From NCBI GenBank assembly GCA_964016885.1, contig OZ024741.1:48980001-49044000 (forward strand): a DNA stretch of 64,000 nucleotides, in the 5' to 3' direction. The DNA comes from Eledone cirrhosa (Eukaryota). Position 1 is the stretch's first letter. Every line of letters begins with the position of its first letter. Position numbers and translations under genes: made by a program. Below, one piece after another: positions 59,801-64,000 of this stretch. The notes under the pieces were generated by a model that ran no database searches, was not told the origin of the DNA, and worked only from the letters and a program-made list of their open reading frames with translations.

Positions 59801-62800
59801 TAGTCTATACTAGATCTATTACTGTGATAATGGGGTGTTACTATACCAGTAGTAACTAGTCTATACTAGATCTATTTCTGTGATAATGAAGAGTTACTAT
59901 ACCAGTAGTAACTAGTCTTAACTAGATCTATTACTGTGATAATGTGGAGTTACTATACCAGTAGTAACTAGTCTATACTAGATCTATTACTGTGATAATG
60001 AAGAGTTACTATACCAGTAGTAACTAGTCGATACTAGATCTATTACTGTGATAATGTGGAGCTACTGTACCAGTATTAACTAGTCTATACTAGATCTATT
60101 ACTGTGATAATGTGGAGTTACTATACCAGTAGAAACTAGTCTATAGTAGATCTACTTCTGTGATACTGTGGAGTTACTGTACCAGTAGTAACTAGTCTAT
60201 ACTAGATTTACAACTGGGATAATGTGGAGTTACTATACCAGTAGTAACTAGTCTATTCTAGATCTATTACTGTGATAATGGGGAGTTACTATACCAGTAG
60301 AAACTAGTCTATAATAGATCTATTACTGTTATAACGTGGAGTTACACTACCAGTAGTAACTAGTCTAAACTAGATCTATTACTGTGATAATGTGGAGTTA
60401 CTATACCAGTAGTAACTAGTCTATACTAGATATATAACTGTGACAATATGGAGTTACACTACCAGTAGTGACTAGTCTATACTAGATCTATTTCTGTGAT
60501 AATGAGGAGTTACTATACCAGTAGTAACTAGTCTATACTAGATCTATTACTGTGAAAATGAGGAGATACTATACCAGTAGTAACTAGTCTATACTAGATC
60601 TACTTCTGTGATAATGTGGAGTTACTATACCAGTAGTAACTAGTCTAAACTAGATCTATTACTGTGATAATGTGGGGTTACAATACCAGTAGAAACTAGT
60701 CTATACTAGATCTACTTCTGTGATAATGTGGAGTTACACTACCAGTAGTAACTAGTCTATACTAGATCTATTACTGTGATAATGGGGAGTTACTATATCA
60801 GTAGTAACTAGTCTATAATAGATCTATTACTGTGATAATGTTGAGTTACTGTACCAGTAGTAACTAGTCTATACTAGATCTATTACTGCGATAATGTGGA
60901 GTTACTATACCAGTAGTAACTAGTCTATACTAGATCTATTACCGTGATAATGTGGAGTTACTATACCATTAGAAACTAGTTTATACTAGATCTATTACTG
61001 TGATAATGTGGAGTTACTGTACCAGTAGTAACTAGTCTATACTAGATCTATTACTGTGATAATGTGGAGTTACTGTACCAGTAGTAACTAGTCTATACTA
61101 GATCTATTACTGTGATAATGTGGTGTTACTATACCAGTAGAAACTAGTTTATACTAGATCTATTACTGCGATAATGTGGAGTTACTGTACCAGTAGTAAC
61201 TAGTCTATACTAGATCTATTACTGTGATAATGTGGAGTTACTGTACCAGTAGTAACTAGTCTATACTAGATCTATTTCTGTGATAATGTGGAGTTACTAT
61301 ACCATTAGAAACTAGTTTATAGTAGATCTATTACTGTGATAATGTGGAGTTACACTACCAGTAGTAACTAGTCTATACTAGATCTATTACTGTGATAATG
61401 GGGAGTTACTATACCAGTAGAAACTAGTCTATACTAGATCTACAACTGGGATAATGTGGAGTTACTATACCAGTAGTAACTAGTCTATACTAGATCTATT
61501 AATGTGATAATGGGGTGTTACTATACCAGTAGTAACTAGTCTATACTAGATCTATTTCTGTGATAATGAAGAGTTACTATACCAGTAGTAACTAGTCTAT
61601 ACTAGATCTATTACTGTGATAATGTGGAGTTACTATACCAGTAGTAACTAGTCTATACTAGATCTATTACTGTGATAATGTCGAATTACTGTACCAGTAG
61701 TAACTAGTCTATACTAGATCTATTACTGTGATAATGGGGTGTTACTATACCAGTAGTAACTAGTCTATACTAGATCTATTTCTGTGATAATGAAGAGTTA
61801 CTATACCAGTAGTAACTAGTCTTAACTAGATCTATTACTGTGATAATGTGGAGTTACTATACCAGTAGAAACTAGTCTATACTAGATCTATTACTGTGAT
61901 AATGGGGAGTTACTATACCAGTAGTAACTAGTCTAAACTAGATCTATTACTGTGATAATGTCGAATTACTGTACCAGTAGTAACTAGTCTATACTAGATC
62001 TATTACTGTGATAATGTGGAGTTACTATACCAGTAGAAACTAGTCTATACTAGATCTATTACGGTGATAATGGAGAGTTACTATACCAGTAGAAACTAGT
62101 CTATACTAGATCTATTGCTGTGATAATGTGGAGTTACTATACCAGTAGAAACTAGTTTATACAAGATCTATTACTGTGATAATGTGGAGTTACTATACCA
62201 GTAGAAACTAGTCTATACTAGATCTATTATTGTGATAATGTGGAGTTACTATACCAGTAGAAACTAGTTTATACTAGATCTATGACTGTGATAATGTGGA
62301 GTTACTATACCAGTAGTAACTAGTCTAAACTAGATCTATTACTGTGATAATGTCAAGTTAATATACCAGTAGAAACTAGTCTATACTGGATCTATTACTG
62401 TGTTAATGTGGCATTACTATACTAGTAGTAACTAGTCTATACTAGATCTATTACTGTGATAATGTGGAGTTACTGTACCAGTAGTAACTAGTCTATACTA
62501 GATCTACAACTGGGATAATGTGGAGTTACTATACCAGTAGTAACTAGTCTATACTAGATCTATTACTGTGATAATGGGGTGTTACTATACCAGTAGTAAC
62601 TAGTCTATACTAGATCTATTTCTGTGATAATGAAGAGTTACTATACCAGTAGTAACTAGTCTTAACTAGACCTATTACTGTGATAATGTGGAGTTACTAT
62701 ACCAGTAGTAACTAGTCTATACTAGATCTATTACTGTGATAATGAAGAGTTACTATACCAGTAGTAACTAGTCCATACTAGATATATAACTGTGACAATA

Positions 62801-62900
62801 TGGAGTTACACTACCAGTAGTAACTAGTCTATACTAGATCTATTTCTGTGATAAAGAGGAGTTACTATACCAGTAGTAACTAGTCTATACTAGATCTGTT
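53900..62900. repeat. Duplication with a 78/82-monomer offset (4,369/4,593 bp)
   Basis: aatagggat 54172/58541 is +4369, with a third copy at 59101 (+560 = 10 units). gaggagatact 55967/60560, actggatc 55104/59697 and 57792/62385, gacctatt 58076/62669 and aagagg 58261/62854 are +4593. Confidence 0.88.
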
Positions 62901-64000
62901 ACTGTGAAAAGGAGGAGTTACTATACCAGTAGTAACTAGTCTATACTAGATCTACTTCTGTGATAATGTGGAGTTACTATACCAGTAGTAACTAGTCTAA
63001 ACTAGATCTATTACTGTGATAATGTGGGGTTACTATACCAGTAGAAACTAGTCTATACTAGATCTACTTCTGTGATAATGTGGAGTTACACTACCAGTAG
63101 TAACTAGTCTATACTAGATCTATTACTGTGATAATGGGGAGTTACACTACCAGTAGTAACTAGGCTATACTAGATCTATTACTGTGTTAATGGGGAGTTA
63201 CTATACCAGTAGAAACTAGTCTATACTAGATCTATTACTGTGATAATGTGGAGTTACTATACCAGTAGAAACTAGTTTATACTAGATCTATTACTGTGAT
63301 AATGTGGAGTTACACTACCAGTAGTAACTAGTCTGTACTAGATCTATTACTGTGATAATGGGGAGTTACACTACCAGTAGAAACTAGTCTATACTAGATC
63401 TATTACTGTGATAATGTGGAGTTACTATACCAGTAGAAACTAGTTTATACTACATCTATTACTGTGATAATGTGGAGTTACACTACCAGTAATAACAAGT
63501 CTATACTAGATCTATTACTGTGATAATGGGGTGTTACTATACCAGTAGTAACTAGTCTATACTAGATCTATTACTGTGATAATGTGGAGTTACTATACCA
63601 GTAGTAACTAGTTTATACTAGATCTATTACTGTGATAATGTGGAGTTACTATACCAGTAGAAACTAGTCTATACTAGATCTATTACTGTGATAATGGGGA
63701 GTTACTATACCAGTAGTAACTAGTCTAAACTAGATCTATTACTGTGATAATGTCGAGTTACTGTACCAGTAGTAACTAGTCTATACTAGATCTATTACTG
63801 TGATAATGTGGAGTTACTATACCAGTAGAAACTAGTCTATACTAGATCTATTACTGTGATAATGGGGAGTTACTATACCAGTAGAAACTAGTCTATACTA
63901 GATCTATTGCTGTGATAATGTGGAGTTACTATACCAGTAGAAACTAGTTTATACTAGATCTATTACTGTGATAATGTGGAGTTACTATACCAGTAGAAAC

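Larger units (their letters stand above)
1..64000. repeat. 56-bp tandem satellite array, about 1,143 monomers, single orientation, running off both window ends
   Basis: The same 56-mer recurs continuously from position 1. The register at 961 (tattactgtg ataatgtgga) equals that at 63961, exactly 1125 x 56 bp later. Most monomers differ from the consensus by 0-4 substitutions. No non-monomer sequence was seen. Confidence 0.99.

Noticed and set aside
1-64000. CRISPR array (palindromic repeat with a variable segment)
   Set aside because: There are no unique spacers. The variable segment is only about 7 bp of point variants of one sequence, all 56 bp are repeated, and no cas genes are present.
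1-64000. Protein-coding repeat under the standard or bacterial code
   Set aside because: Each monomer has multiple TAG/TAA on both strands plus TGA on the + strand. Since 56 is not a multiple of 3, every frame meets stops within 168 bp.
1-64000. Rolling-circle/concatemer sequencing artefact or synthetic construct (BglII and SpeI sites in each unit)
   Set aside because: Variants are shared in ordered, hierarchically duplicated blocks rather than scattered as random errors, indels are very rare, and the restriction sites follow from the palindromic composition. Individual block copy numbers could still be misassembled.
1-64000. A single fixed higher-order repeat period (dimer, trimer or n-mer)
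   Set aside because: Observed offsets differ by region (10, 13, 14, 25, 36-51, 64, 72, 75-82, 95-107 units), and I saw no regular alternation of monomer types.
1-64000. Telomeric repeat or G-quadruplex array
   Set aside because: The unit is long and heterogeneous with at most one G-run per 56 bp, present only in a subset of monomers. It matches no telomere motif I recognise.

Overview
The whole 64 kb window is one uninterrupted head-to-tail tandem array (satellite DNA) of a 56-bp monomer, about 1,143 copies, all in the same orientation. The consensus is CTAGATCTATTACTGTGATAATGTGGAGTTACTATACCAGTAGTAACTAGTCTATA (18/56 = 32% GC). I found no genes, RNA genes, transposon insertions, unique spacers or array ends. 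What is informative is the internal structure. (1) The monomer is built largely from short inverted repeats. (2) Variant monomers act as barcodes for nested multi-monomer duplications of about 10 to 107 units, with no single fixed higher-order period. (3) Length is very strictly conserved: I found only 13 one-base indels, from 4 distinct alleles. (4) A recurrent two-monomer cassette shows stepwise CpG->CpA change along the array, suggesting a CpG-methylated, probably eukaryotic heterochromatic or centromeric array. (5) A more divergent monomer subfamily is concentrated right of about 41 kb. I cannot identify the organism or satellite family, and the sequence does not support a new gene-encoded system. 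Offsets were counted by eye from diagnostic variants, and block boundaries are approximate to within a few monomers.
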